Source of the DNA: an uncultured Gammaproteobacteria bacterium
Lineage (GTDB): Bacteria; Patescibacteriota; Microgenomatia; UBA8517
Assembly (NCBI GenBank): GCA_965231135.1
Contig: OZ246419.1
Coordinates: 733,865-797,864, forward strand
Reading direction: 5' to 3'
Length of the DNA stretch: 64,000 nt
Shown: positions 16,713 to 24,736 of the stretch, piece after piece
Position numbering within the stretch: position 1 is the first letter of the stretch
Layout of the letters: each line of letters starts with the position of its first letter
Notes under the pieces: generated by a model
Seen by the model: only the letters and a program-made list of their open reading frames with translations
What the model was told of the DNA's origin: nothing
The model's database searches: none
Program-made: the position numbers and the translations under genes

Positions 16713-17333
16713 ATGAACTTCATTTTTGATTTTGATGGGACAATTTGTGATTCGCTAGATATTACAATTGGCATATTAAACGCATACGCAAAAAAGTTAA
16801 ATAGGCCACAAATAACTAAAGAAAATTTTAGAACAAAAGGTATCGAAGCATTAATTAATGAATACCATTTTAATAAGTTGCAGGTATTACTTTATGTTTT
16901 AAAAGGTAGACAGGAATTATCAAAACACATAAATGAAATGAAAAGTTATGAAGGCTTGCCTGAGGTTTTGAAGAAGCTGTCTGAAAAAAATAATCTTGGA
17001 ATAGTTAGTTCAAATTCATCAAAAAACATTGAAAGATTCTTAAAAAATAATAATTTGGCCTCATATTTTAAATTTATTTACTCTTCCACTTCCCTGTTTG
17101 ATAAATCCAAAAAAATTAAATCTGCAATGCAAAAATATGATTTAAAGGCTAGTGAAACTGTTTATATAGGAGATGAAATTCGAGATATTAAAGCTGCGCA
17201 TGATATAAATTTAAATTGTATTTCAGTTTCCTGGGGTTTTGAGAGTAAGAAATTGCTTCGCGAATACGCTCCAAACTTCTTGATTAGCTATCCGAAAGAA
17301 TTACTTTCAACGGAAAAACAATTACTGCATTAA
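16713..17333 (+). CDS. HAD-superfamily hydrolase
   Basis: N-terminal FIFDFDGTICDS (DxD motif I) and C-terminal GDEIRDIKAAHDINL (motif IV). Confidence 0.75.
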   Translation: MNFIFDFDGTICDSLDITIGILNAYAKKLNRPQITKENFRTKGIEALINEYHFNKLQVLLYVLKGRQELSKHINEMKSYEGLPEVLKKLSEKNNLGIVSSNSSKNIERFLKNNNLASYFKFIYSSTSLFDKSKKIKSAMQKYDLKASETVYIGDEIRDIKAAHDINLNCISVSWGFESKKLLREYAPNFLISYPKELLSTEKQLLH

Positions 17334-18024
17334 AAATTCTTCCTGCGCGCTTCGGCTCCTGGATCAATCTCCATAACCATTCGAGGCTAAATTTAGTAAA
17401 AAAATCTGGCACTTGCCTGACTTGTCCGCTAAAATAATCGAGACTTCCGCCTATTGCCATAAAACATTTTGCATTAATTTCATTTCTATATTTATTGATC
17501 AAGTACTCTTGTTTTGGAGCACCTAAGGCAACAAACAATATATCTGGTTTAAATAAATTTATGTTTTTTAATATATCAAAAGGTAAATTAATATTACCTT
17601 TTGTAACAGAAATATTACTTTCCCCTTTTGCTTTTATGTTTGGAAATTCTTTTTTAATTTTATTTAAACTTTTAGTATTCACATCTTTTGTTGATCCCAA
17701 CAAGTAAATTTTTAGTTTTTTATCATTTCCTAATTTGAAAAGATCAAGCATAAATTCTCTACCTTTTATAATCTCCAGCTTTGGGTCTGCAATTTTTAAA
17801 CCATTTCCATCAGGAAGATTGAAATCAGACTTGTTCAAAATTTCTTTGAGCTTTAAATCGTTGCAAGCTTCCAAGATTATTTCCGGGTTAGGAGTAAAAA
17901 TGGTGAATTTGGATTTAGATTTTAATTTTAATGATATTTCTTCCAGCAATTCGTTTTTTTGATTGCTATTCACCTTTATTCCTAATATTTTGGTAAATTT
18001 ACTATAAGTTTTAGTGTTTTTCAT
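17284..18024 (-). CDS. WecB/TagA/CpsF-family glycosyltransferase
   Basis: C-terminal LEWLWRLIQEPKRAGRIFN signature; a TGTTATAAT extended -10 (plus 18033-18041) sits about 10 nt upstream of its ATG. Confidence 0.75.
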   Translation of the reverse strand: MKNTKTYSKFTKILGIKVNSNQKNELLEEISLKLKSKSKFTIFTPNPEIILEACNDLKLKEILNKSDFNLPDGNGLKIADPKLEIIKGREFMLDLFKLGNDKKLKIYLLGSTKDVNTKSLNKIKKEFPNIKAKGESNISVTKGNINLPFDILKNINLFKPDILFVALGAPKQEYLINKYRNEINAKCFMAIGGSLDYFSGQVRQVPDFFTKFSLEWLWRLIQEPKRAGRIFNAVIVFPLKVILSDS

Positions 18025-18122
18025 AGTGATGTTGTAATTATAACATTTTGTGTATAAATATTGCTCGTAATTTACGTTCGCTTTTTACTATTTATGCACA
18101 AACTATAAACAAAATCTTGATA

Positions 18123-19133
18123 TTATCTTTTAGTTACTATATTCCTTCTCCAAAGCTCTATATTCTCCAAAACAATCCCAGTTCCCTTAACAACACAGAA
18201 TAATGCATCTTCTGCAACATGCGCTGGAACCCCAGTTTCCTGGGTAAGGAGCTTATCGAAGTTGCGAAGAAGCGCAGTTCCCCCGCTCATAACAATACCT
18301 TTATCAATAATATCAGCTGCAAGCTCAGGAGGAGTGTCTTCCAATACTCCTTTTACAGCTCCAATGATTTGGTTTAGTGCAGGCTGAATTGCTTCTGTGA
18401 TATCTACTGAAGTCACTACAACACTTCGAGGAAGACCAAAAACTAAATCTCGGCCGGAGATTTCCATTCGTTCTTCTTTCACAAGAGGAGTTGCAGAACC
18501 TATTTTAATTTTTATATCTTCTGCTGTTTGGTCTCCAACAATTAAATTATATTTTTTCTTGAGAAAAGATTGAATTGCTTCATCAATTTTATTTCCAGCA
18601 ACTCGGACTGATTTGTGAATCACAGTTCCACCTAATGCAATAACAGCAGCCTCTGCAGCTCCTCCTCCCATATCAAGTATCATGTGGCCTGACGGAGCTG
18701 AAACGGGAATGCCTGCACCGATAGCTGCAGCTAACGGTTCATCAATTAAATATGCATGCCCTGCTCCTGCGCCCATTGCAGCATCAAGCGCCGCGCGGCG
18801 CTCGACTTGGGTACAGCCTGCTGGAACGCAAAGCATAACATCCGGCTTAAAAAGTAAAACACGACCAGCAGTTTTATTTATAAAAAATTCCAGCATTGAT
18901 TTGGTTAAACTATAATCTGCAATAACACCTGCTGCCATAGGGCGGACTGCGGTTAAGTTTTCAGGAGTGCGACCGAGCATTTTTTTTGCTTCAATACCAA
19001 CTGCAACAACTTTATTAGAATCAGTAGTTACTGCAACAACCGTTGGTTCGTTTGTGATTATTCCCGCTTCAGGAGTCCAAACTAAAGTATTTGCAGTTCC
19101 TAAATCGATTGCTATTCTCTTTCGTAAAGCCAT
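18123..19133 (-). CDS. mreB: Rod-shape determining protein MreB
   Basis: IAIDLGTANTLV, HMILDMGGGAAEAAVIALGG, VMSGGTALLRNFDKLLTQETGVPAHVAEDAL; start at MALRK (19133). Confidence 0.9.
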   Translation of the reverse strand: MALRKRIAIDLGTANTLVWTPEAGIITNEPTVVAVTTDSNKVVAVGIEAKKMLGRTPENLTAVRPMAAGVIADYSLTKSMLEFFINKTAGRVLLFKPDVMLCVPAGCTQVERRAALDAAMGAGAGHAYLIDEPLAAAIGAGIPVSAPSGHMILDMGGGAAEAAVIALGGTVIHKSVRVAGNKIDEAIQSFLKKKYNLIVGDQTAEDIKIKIGSATPLVKEERMEISGRDLVFGLPRSVVVTSVDITEAIQPALNQIIGAVKGVLEDTPPELAADIIDKGIVMSGGTALLRNFDKLLTQETGVPAHVAEDALFCVVKGTGIVLENIELWRRNIVTKR

Positions 19134-19155
19134 TGAAACATTATATAATACTCTT

Positions 19156-20298
19156 ATGACTAAGATTCGTATACTCATACTTCTTTTGACGATTTTTGTT
19201 GTTGGATTTGCCGGATATGCACTTATTCTTTACGCAAACGGTTATAGATTAAATAAAGATAATAAATTAGTTGCAAACGGTTTATTGGTTGCTAATTCTG
19301 ATCCAAACGGAGCTCAGATTTTAATTGACGGAAAACTAAATTCTGCAACCAATGCCACGATTACACTTTCTCCTGGAAGTTATAGCGTCGATATTAAAAA
19401 GGAAGGTTATCTTGACTGGAATAAACAAATTCAGATCCAAAACGGAATTGTGACTGAAGTTGATGCTTCTTTATTCCCTCAGGCGGTTTCTCTTAATCCA
19501 ATTACGTTTGCAGGAGCAATTAATCCTGTAATTTCTCCTGACTATTCGAAGATTGTTTATGGAGACGCAACTGGAATTTGGGTTGTAGAAACAATTAATT
19601 TGCCGCTTGGATTTAATAGTGCACCAACAGAAATCACAGATTTAGTACCTGATGCAAATACAACATGGTCCTGGTCTCCTGATTCAAGACAGATCTTAGT
19701 GAAGACAAAGACATCAAATTACTTACTAAACATATCAAGTACAACTACTGTTAGCCAATTAGTTGATCTAACTGCCACACTAGCGAAGACAAAAGCTGAA
19801 TGGCAGACAACACAGGATAAACAATTGCAATCTTTAATTTCAAAACTTCCAGATGGACTTCAAGGAATTTTTACAAATGATACAAGTAATGTTTTATTCT
19901 CGCCCGACCAGACAAAAGTTTTATATACGGCAACAAGTAGCGCAATAATTCCTGACGGATTAGTTCCTCCGCTTCCAGGAAGCTCAACCCAAAAACAAAC
20001 CAGAAGTTTAGTTAAAAATCATATTTATGTCTATGATTTGAAAGAAGATCGTAATTTTGAAATAACTGATGTGACAGGGCCTATATATTGGTTTGCGTCC
20101 AGCCGCAATTTAATAATCCCAGAGAAAGATAAACTCGTGATTGAAGATTATGACAATACAAATAAACAAACCGTTTATGGAGGAAGTTATGTGTATCCAA
20201 ATGCATTCCCGACTCCAAACACTAACAGAGTTTTTATATTAACTAATTTGGGAGCAACAAACGGAACTCCTAATCTTTATTCGCTTAACTTGAGGTGA
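19156..20298 (+). CDS. Membrane-anchored PEGA-domain / TolB-like beta-propeller protein
   Basis: N-terminal TM helix; PEGA-like LLVANSDPNGAQILIDGKL...TLSPGSYSVDIKKEGY; repeated SPDxSKIVY / WSPDSRQILV / FSPDQTKVLY blades; start at MTKIRIL (19156) rather than the track start, which would overlap mreB. Confidence 0.6.
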   Translation: MTKIRILILLLTIFVVGFAGYALILYANGYRLNKDNKLVANGLLVANSDPNGAQILIDGKLNSATNATITLSPGSYSVDIKKEGYLDWNKQIQIQNGIVTEVDASLFPQAVSLNPITFAGAINPVISPDYSKIVYGDATGIWVVETINLPLGFNSAPTEITDLVPDANTTWSWSPDSRQILVKTKTSNYLLNISSTTTVSQLVDLTATLAKTKAEWQTTQDKQLQSLISKLPDGLQGIFTNDTSNVLFSPDQTKVLYTATSSAIIPDGLVPPLPGSSTQKQTRSLVKNHIYVYDLKEDRNFEITDVTGPIYWFASSRNLIIPEKDKLVIEDYDNTNKQTVYGGSYVYPNAFPTPNTNRVFILTNLGATNGTPNLYSLNLR

Positions 20299-20302
20299 AA
20301 AT

Positions 20303-20310
20303 TGTATAAT
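20303..20310 (+). promoter_or_regulatory. -10 box (tgTATAAT) for tRNA-Arg
   Basis: ttgtataat ends 8 nt before the tRNA 5' end. Confidence 0.4.
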
Positions 20311-20318
20311 ACTTCCAA

Positions 20319-20390
20319 GTCCTCGTAGTTCAATGGATAGAATAGAGGTTTCCTAAACCTTTGATCCAAGTTCGATTCTCGGCGAGGACA
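20319..20390 (+). tRNA. tRNA-Arg (anticodon CCU)
   Basis: Folded by hand: 7-bp acceptor gtcctcg/cgaggac, D-loop aatggata, anticodon stem gaggt/acctt with loop ttCCTaa, T-loop ttcgatt; CCA not encoded. Confidence 0.8.
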
Positions 20391-20395
20391 CTCAT

Positions 20396-21499
20396 ATGTC
20401 TAAACCAAAATATTTTAAAACTTTAACTGGGGAAAGGATTCCCCTACCTGTATTTTTTCCTGATGCAACGCGCGCAGTTCTTAAAACTTTAGACAGCGTT
20501 GATATCGAACAAACTAAAACAAAAGGTATATTAGTGAATACATATCATTTGTATAAAGATCTTGGAAAATCGGTAATTAAAGAACACAAAGGAATAAGAG
20601 GCTTTATGAATTTCCACGGCGCAGTGATTTCTGACTCAGGAGGATTTCAAGTGATGAGCCTTGCAAAAACACTGGGAGGGAAAATTACAGACAGTGGCGT
20701 GACTTTTAAGCCTGCAGGAGAACCTAAAGTAACACTTACCCCTGAGGATTCAATTGAATTTCAATTAGCTTTAAAAACAGATATGGTCGTGGTCCTGGAT
20801 GACTTCACGCTACCTACTGCAACGCACAAAGAAGCAGAAGAGACTGTTGAAAGAACTTTATACTGGGCAAAAAGATGTAGAGCTCATTTTGATAAGTTAA
20901 CAAAAAACATGAAACAGAAGCCATATTTGCTTGGAGTTGTTCAGGGTGGATTTTACCAAGATCTTCGTAAATATTGCACCCAAGAACTTGTAAAAATTGG
21001 ATTTGATGGGCTTGGATATGGAGGCTGGCCGATTACAGAGACTGGAGAATTTGATTATGAAACTCCAAAAACTATTGCAGAAAATGCACCTGACAATTAT
21101 TTTTTGTATGGACTTGGAGTTGGCAAACCACACGAAATAGTTAATTTATATAAAATGGGATTTAATATTTTTGACTGTGTACTCCCTACTCGAGATGCCA
21201 GACATAAAAGACTTTATGTTTATAACAGTGAAAAGCTTAGCAATATCGATGTGATTCTGCCAGACTTTTATTCATATTTTGTGCCTGATAAAGAGAAATA
21301 TTATCATGACACAAGAGCCGTTAGCACTGCCTGCGATTGTTTGCTATGTACTAATTACTCTCGAGCTTACCTTGCTCATTTATTTCGAAATAACGAAATG
21401 ACTGCAGGGAGACTAGCGACAATTCATAATTTGAGGTTTTATTCTATTTTGATGGAAAAATTGGTTGATTTAAGAGAAGATAGTGATCCCAGTTTTTAA
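20396..21499 (+). CDS. tgt: Queuine tRNA-ribosyltransferase
   Basis: VISDSGGFQV catalytic motif and zinc site CDCLLCTNYSRAYLAHL. Confidence 0.9.
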   Translation: MSKPKYFKTLTGERIPLPVFFPDATRAVLKTLDSVDIEQTKTKGILVNTYHLYKDLGKSVIKEHKGIRGFMNFHGAVISDSGGFQVMSLAKTLGGKITDSGVTFKPAGEPKVTLTPEDSIEFQLALKTDMVVVLDDFTLPTATHKEAEETVERTLYWAKRCRAHFDKLTKNMKQKPYLLGVVQGGFYQDLRKYCTQELVKIGFDGLGYGGWPITETGEFDYETPKTIAENAPDNYFLYGLGVGKPHEIVNLYKMGFNIFDCVLPTRDARHKRLYVYNSEKLSNIDVILPDFYSYFVPDKEKYYHDTRAVSTACDCLLCTNYSRAYLAHLFRNNEMTAGRLATIHNLRFYSILMEKLVDLREDSDPSF

Positions 21500-21605
21500 T
21501 ATAAATATTCCCTGGAATTTCTAAATCACGATAGAATTTTACAATTGATCAGACTCTTCAACAAGCTTATCAAATTTTGAAAATAATTCTTCGATAAATC
21601 GCATA

Positions 21606-22286
21606 TTAGCCTTCAAGAATGCAAACCAATTCACCTTTCACCCTACCCAATTCTTTTTGTTCTTTTTCGAGCTCAAGCTTGGCGTTTAGTAAACTTGTTC
21701 TTAAAGTCCTCTCGTGCATTTTAGTTAATTCCTGACCTATAAATATTCTTTTGTCTTCTCCAAATTCAGTTATAAGTAAATTTAATGTTTTTGAAATGCG
21801 AAATGGAGATTCAAAGAAAACAACCGGGCAATCTAGCGATTTTATTTTTTCTATAGTTTTATGAGCTTTTTTCTTGGGCCAGAAGCCAATAAACATAAAA
21901 GTGCTTATATTAAAACCTGAAATTGATAAAGCTGAGGTTAAACTTGAAGCTCCTGGAATAGATATAGTCTTAATATTGAATTGATTTAGAAAATTAATTA
22001 GTTCATTTCCAGGATCTGAAATACCCGGCGTACCTGCATCTGTAACAAGAGCTAAATTTTTACCTTCCTGAAGAAGTTTAAAAATTTCATGCATTTTTGC
22101 AGGATTACTTTGCTGGTGATAACTCAAAGTATTATTTTGTATATCAAAATGATCTAAAAGCTTTTGAGTAACACGGGTATCTTCACAAAGAATTAAGTCA
22201 ACTTCTTTGAGCGTTTTAATTGCACGGAAAGTAATGTCTTCAAGATTTCCTATTGGCGTTGCAACCAGATACAAATTTCCTAACAT
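21606..22286 (-). CDS. rsmI: 16S rRNA (cytidine1402-2'-O)-methyltransferase RsmI
   Basis: LYLVATPIGNLEDITFRAIKTLKEVDLILCEDTR N-terminal signature of the tetrapyrrole-methylase-fold RsmI. Confidence 0.85.
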   Translation of the reverse strand: MLGNLYLVATPIGNLEDITFRAIKTLKEVDLILCEDTRVTQKLLDHFDIQNNTLSYHQQSNPAKMHEIFKLLQEGKNLALVTDAGTPGISDPGNELINFLNQFNIKTISIPGASSLTSALSISGFNISTFMFIGFWPKKKAHKTIEKIKSLDCPVVFFESPFRISKTLNLLITEFGEDKRIFIGQELTKMHERTLRTSLLNAKLELEKEQKELGRVKGELVCILEG

Positions 22287-22451
22287 GAGAATATTATACT
22301 ATATATATTACTATGAGATGTGGATTTGTGTACACAGATTTTGTGGATAATTATGTGTGCAACTAATACTATGAGTCTTAATATGGAAAGTTTTTTGTTT
22401 TAAAGCAGATTTAGTATCTTGATTTAGCTTAAATTATATTAATATAATTGA

Positions 22452-22868
22452 TTGCCCGGTAATAAACGTAGAGATATGTACTCAACACATTATAAAGGTA
22501 TTCTTGGTGAATTAGCTTTTACTTATCACCTAATTGAAAAGGGTTTTACTGTTCTTAATCCTATTAACCATAATTCAAGTTACGATTTAGTAATTGAAAA
22601 AAATGGAAAGTTTATCAGAATACAAGTAAAATACAGAGTTCCAGTAAAGGGAGTCTTGAGAGTAGAGTTATATAGACCTAAAAAGCCTAATTTTCAATAT
22701 TTCAATCGTGAAGTTGATGCCATGGGTTTGTATAATCCATTATCTAATAAGTTTTATTTGATACCATTACATATAATTAAGACAACAAGAGAGTTTTGGA
22801 TTAGAGTTGATAAGCCGAAAGGTAAAAAAACTAAATCTATGCATTTTGCAGAGGAGTTTGAAATTTAA
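22452..22868 (+). CDS. PD-(D/E)xK nuclease-fold protein (Hjc/restriction-endonuclease-like)
   Basis: SYDLVIEKNGKFIRIQVKY gives a D...E-x-K arrangement typical of the fold; possible true start at MYSTHYK (22476); the stop abuts tRNA-Pro. Confidence 0.5.
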   Translation: MPGNKRRDMYSTHYKGILGELAFTYHLIEKGFTVLNPINHNSSYDLVIEKNGKFIRIQVKYRVPVKGVLRVELYRPKKPNFQYFNREVDAMGLYNPLSNKFYLIPLHIIKTTREFWIRVDKPKGKKTKSMHFAEEFEI

Positions 22869-22940
22869 CGGGGTGTGGCTCAATGGTAGAGCGCTCGCTT
22901 CGGGTGCGAGAGGTTCCCAGTTCAAATCTGGGCACCCCGA
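22869..22940 (+). tRNA. tRNA-Pro (anticodon CGG)
   Basis: Acceptor cggggtg/caccccg, D-arm gctc-aatggta-gagc, anticodon stem ctcgc/gcgag with loop ttCGGgt, T-arm cccag-ttcaaat-ctggg. Confidence 0.8.
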
Positions 22941-22952
22941 CTGATGATGAAA

Positions 22953-23462
22953 TTATTTCTTCTTTGCTTGAGTGAAGACTTCGTGGACTGTTGGATAATC
23001 AAAAATTTCTGACTTTGAAAACCAATGAGCAATTTCTTTTTTAGCTTCTTCTGGATCGCCCGAGGCATGAATTAAATTGTATACGTCAGAATTCTTTTTA
23101 TCTGCATAAGCGAAACTCATATGAGCATAATCGCCTCTTATAGTTCCTGGGTTTGCCGACTTTGGTTCTGTTGCTCCTACCATTTTACGAACTTGTGAAA
23201 CTGCTTCTACTCCTTCAAGTACCATGGCAATCACTGGACCTTGTTGCATCATTTCCAAAGCAACTTTAAAAGTTTGTTCGCCACGCCTTGTGATCATTTT
23301 TCCTATTTCTTCATAATGAGTATGATAATGTTCTTCTGAAGGGAAAACCATTTTAGCTGCTACAATTTTCAGTCCTACTTTTTCGAATCTACTTAAAATT
23401 TCTCCAACAACTCCACGTTGAACTGCATGAGGCTTAAAAATAATTAACGTTTGCTCTATCAT
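22953..23462 (-). CDS. ndk: Nucleoside diphosphate kinase
   Basis: EQTLIIFKPHAVQRGVVGEILSRFEKVGLKIVAAKM...; catalytic-His region NLIHASGDPEEA. Confidence 0.9.
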   Translation of the reverse strand: MIEQTLIIFKPHAVQRGVVGEILSRFEKVGLKIVAAKMVFPSEEHYHTHYEEIGKMITRRGEQTFKVALEMMQQGPVIAMVLEGVEAVSQVRKMVGATEPKSANPGTIRGDYAHMSFAYADKKNSDVYNLIHASGDPEEAKKEIAHWFSKSEIFDYPTVHEVFTQAKKK

Positions 23463-24733
23463 ACAAGTATTTTTTTGAACTTATCTTGACCATTATATGG
23501 CCCAATTATGCTTAAATTCAAGTTCTGTTTTAAGAAAATTTGCTTTGCAACATCATAAACCTGATCTATGGTTACTTTATCTAGACTTTCAAAGATTTCT
23601 TCTGGAGTCTGAGGAGATTCGATTAATAATTCTTTTTCGCCAAAGAATTGATTAACTGCACTTGTATCTTCAAGACTTAAAGCAATATGGCCTTTGAGGT
23701 ATTCTTTCGCTTTTTGAAACTCTGAAACTTCAATTAACTTAACTTTATCTTTTATTGCATAGTGCTCTTCTAAAATGATTTTAATGGCTTCCTCTGCATT
23801 TTTTGGATCCACACCGACATAAGTTGAGAAATAACCAGTATCAATTAAATGATCTGCGCTTGTATGAACAGAATAAGCTAGTCCTCTTTTTTCTCTTACT
23901 TCAATAAATAATCTGGAAGACATTCCTTTACCTAAAATAGTTGCCAAAATATTTTCAGCAAAACGGGTTTGATCTCCTAATTTGAAACCTCGGAAGCCCA
24001 AAATTAAATGAGCCTGCTCGATTTTTTTATATTTTAATTTAACCCAGGGCTCATTTTGTTTCGCAACAAATTTTGGAAAATTTTCTTTTGGTTCGTTTTC
24101 TGGAAGATTAATAAAATATTTATTTACTAAATCTATCGCTTCTTTTTCTGTTACTCCGCCTGCAACTGTAATAAGTAGGTTTTCAGGAAAGTAATATTTC
24201 TTTCTAAACTCAATAAAATCATTTCTTGTAATATTTTTAATCGCTTTTTCAGTACCTACTATGTTTCTCCCAAGAGGGTTTCCTTGAAAAATAAGTTCTT
24301 CAAATACATCACCAATATCTGAAGTGGGAGTGTCTTCGTACATTGCTTTCTCTTCTAAAATTACTCCTTTTTCTTTTTCAAGTTCATCTTTGTCTATCAA
24401 AGGATTTAAAATCATATCAGATAAAACGTCAAATGCTTTTTCCAGATGATTTTTAGAAGATTTAATGTAGAAATTAGTCCATTCTTTTGTAGTTCCTGCG
24501 TTAAATTCCCCGCCAAAAGAATCTACAAACGAAGATAAATCTTTTGTAGTCGGATACTTTTTGCTACCTTTAAATACAATGTGTTCTGTAAAATGAGAAA
24601 TTCCTGCAACTTGCTCTTCTTCATACCTGCTACCGACATTTGCCCAGACAGTAACAGTAACTGATTCTGCTCCAGACATAGGAATAGTTAGAACACGAAG
24701 GCCTGATGGTAAAGTTGTTTTATTAAAATTCAT
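23459..24733 (-). CDS. M16 (pitrilysin/insulinase) family zinc peptidase
   Basis: HxxEH motif GISHFTEHIVFKGS; 4-nt overlap with ndk. Confidence 0.8.
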   Translation of the reverse strand: MNFNKTTLPSGLRVLTIPMSGAESVTVTVWANVGSRYEEEQVAGISHFTEHIVFKGSKKYPTTKDLSSFVDSFGGEFNAGTTKEWTNFYIKSSKNHLEKAFDVLSDMILNPLIDKDELEKEKGVILEEKAMYEDTPTSDIGDVFEELIFQGNPLGRNIVGTEKAIKNITRNDFIEFRKKYYFPENLLITVAGGVTEKEAIDLVNKYFINLPENEPKENFPKFVAKQNEPWVKLKYKKIEQAHLILGFRGFKLGDQTRFAENILATILGKGMSSRLFIEVREKRGLAYSVHTSADHLIDTGYFSTYVGVDPKNAEEAIKIILEEHYAIKDKVKLIEVSEFQKAKEYLKGHIALSLEDTSAVNQFFGEKELLIESPQTPEEIFESLDKVTIDQVYDVAKQIFLKQNLNLSIIGPYNGQDKFKKILV

Positions 24734-24736
24734 GAT

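Noticed and set aside
17284-17333. 50-nt convergent overlap of HAD hydrolase and WecB-like genes as a possible mis-call
   Set aside because: Both C-termini look native (the WecB-family EWLWRLIQEPKR tail, and the HAD tail), so the overlap is probably real; noted only.
18967-19155. Upstream track start for the PEGA/propeller ORF (443 aa)
   Set aside because: It would overlap mreB by about 210 nt on the opposite strand; the internal ATG at 19156 precedes the TM helix and leaves mreB intact.
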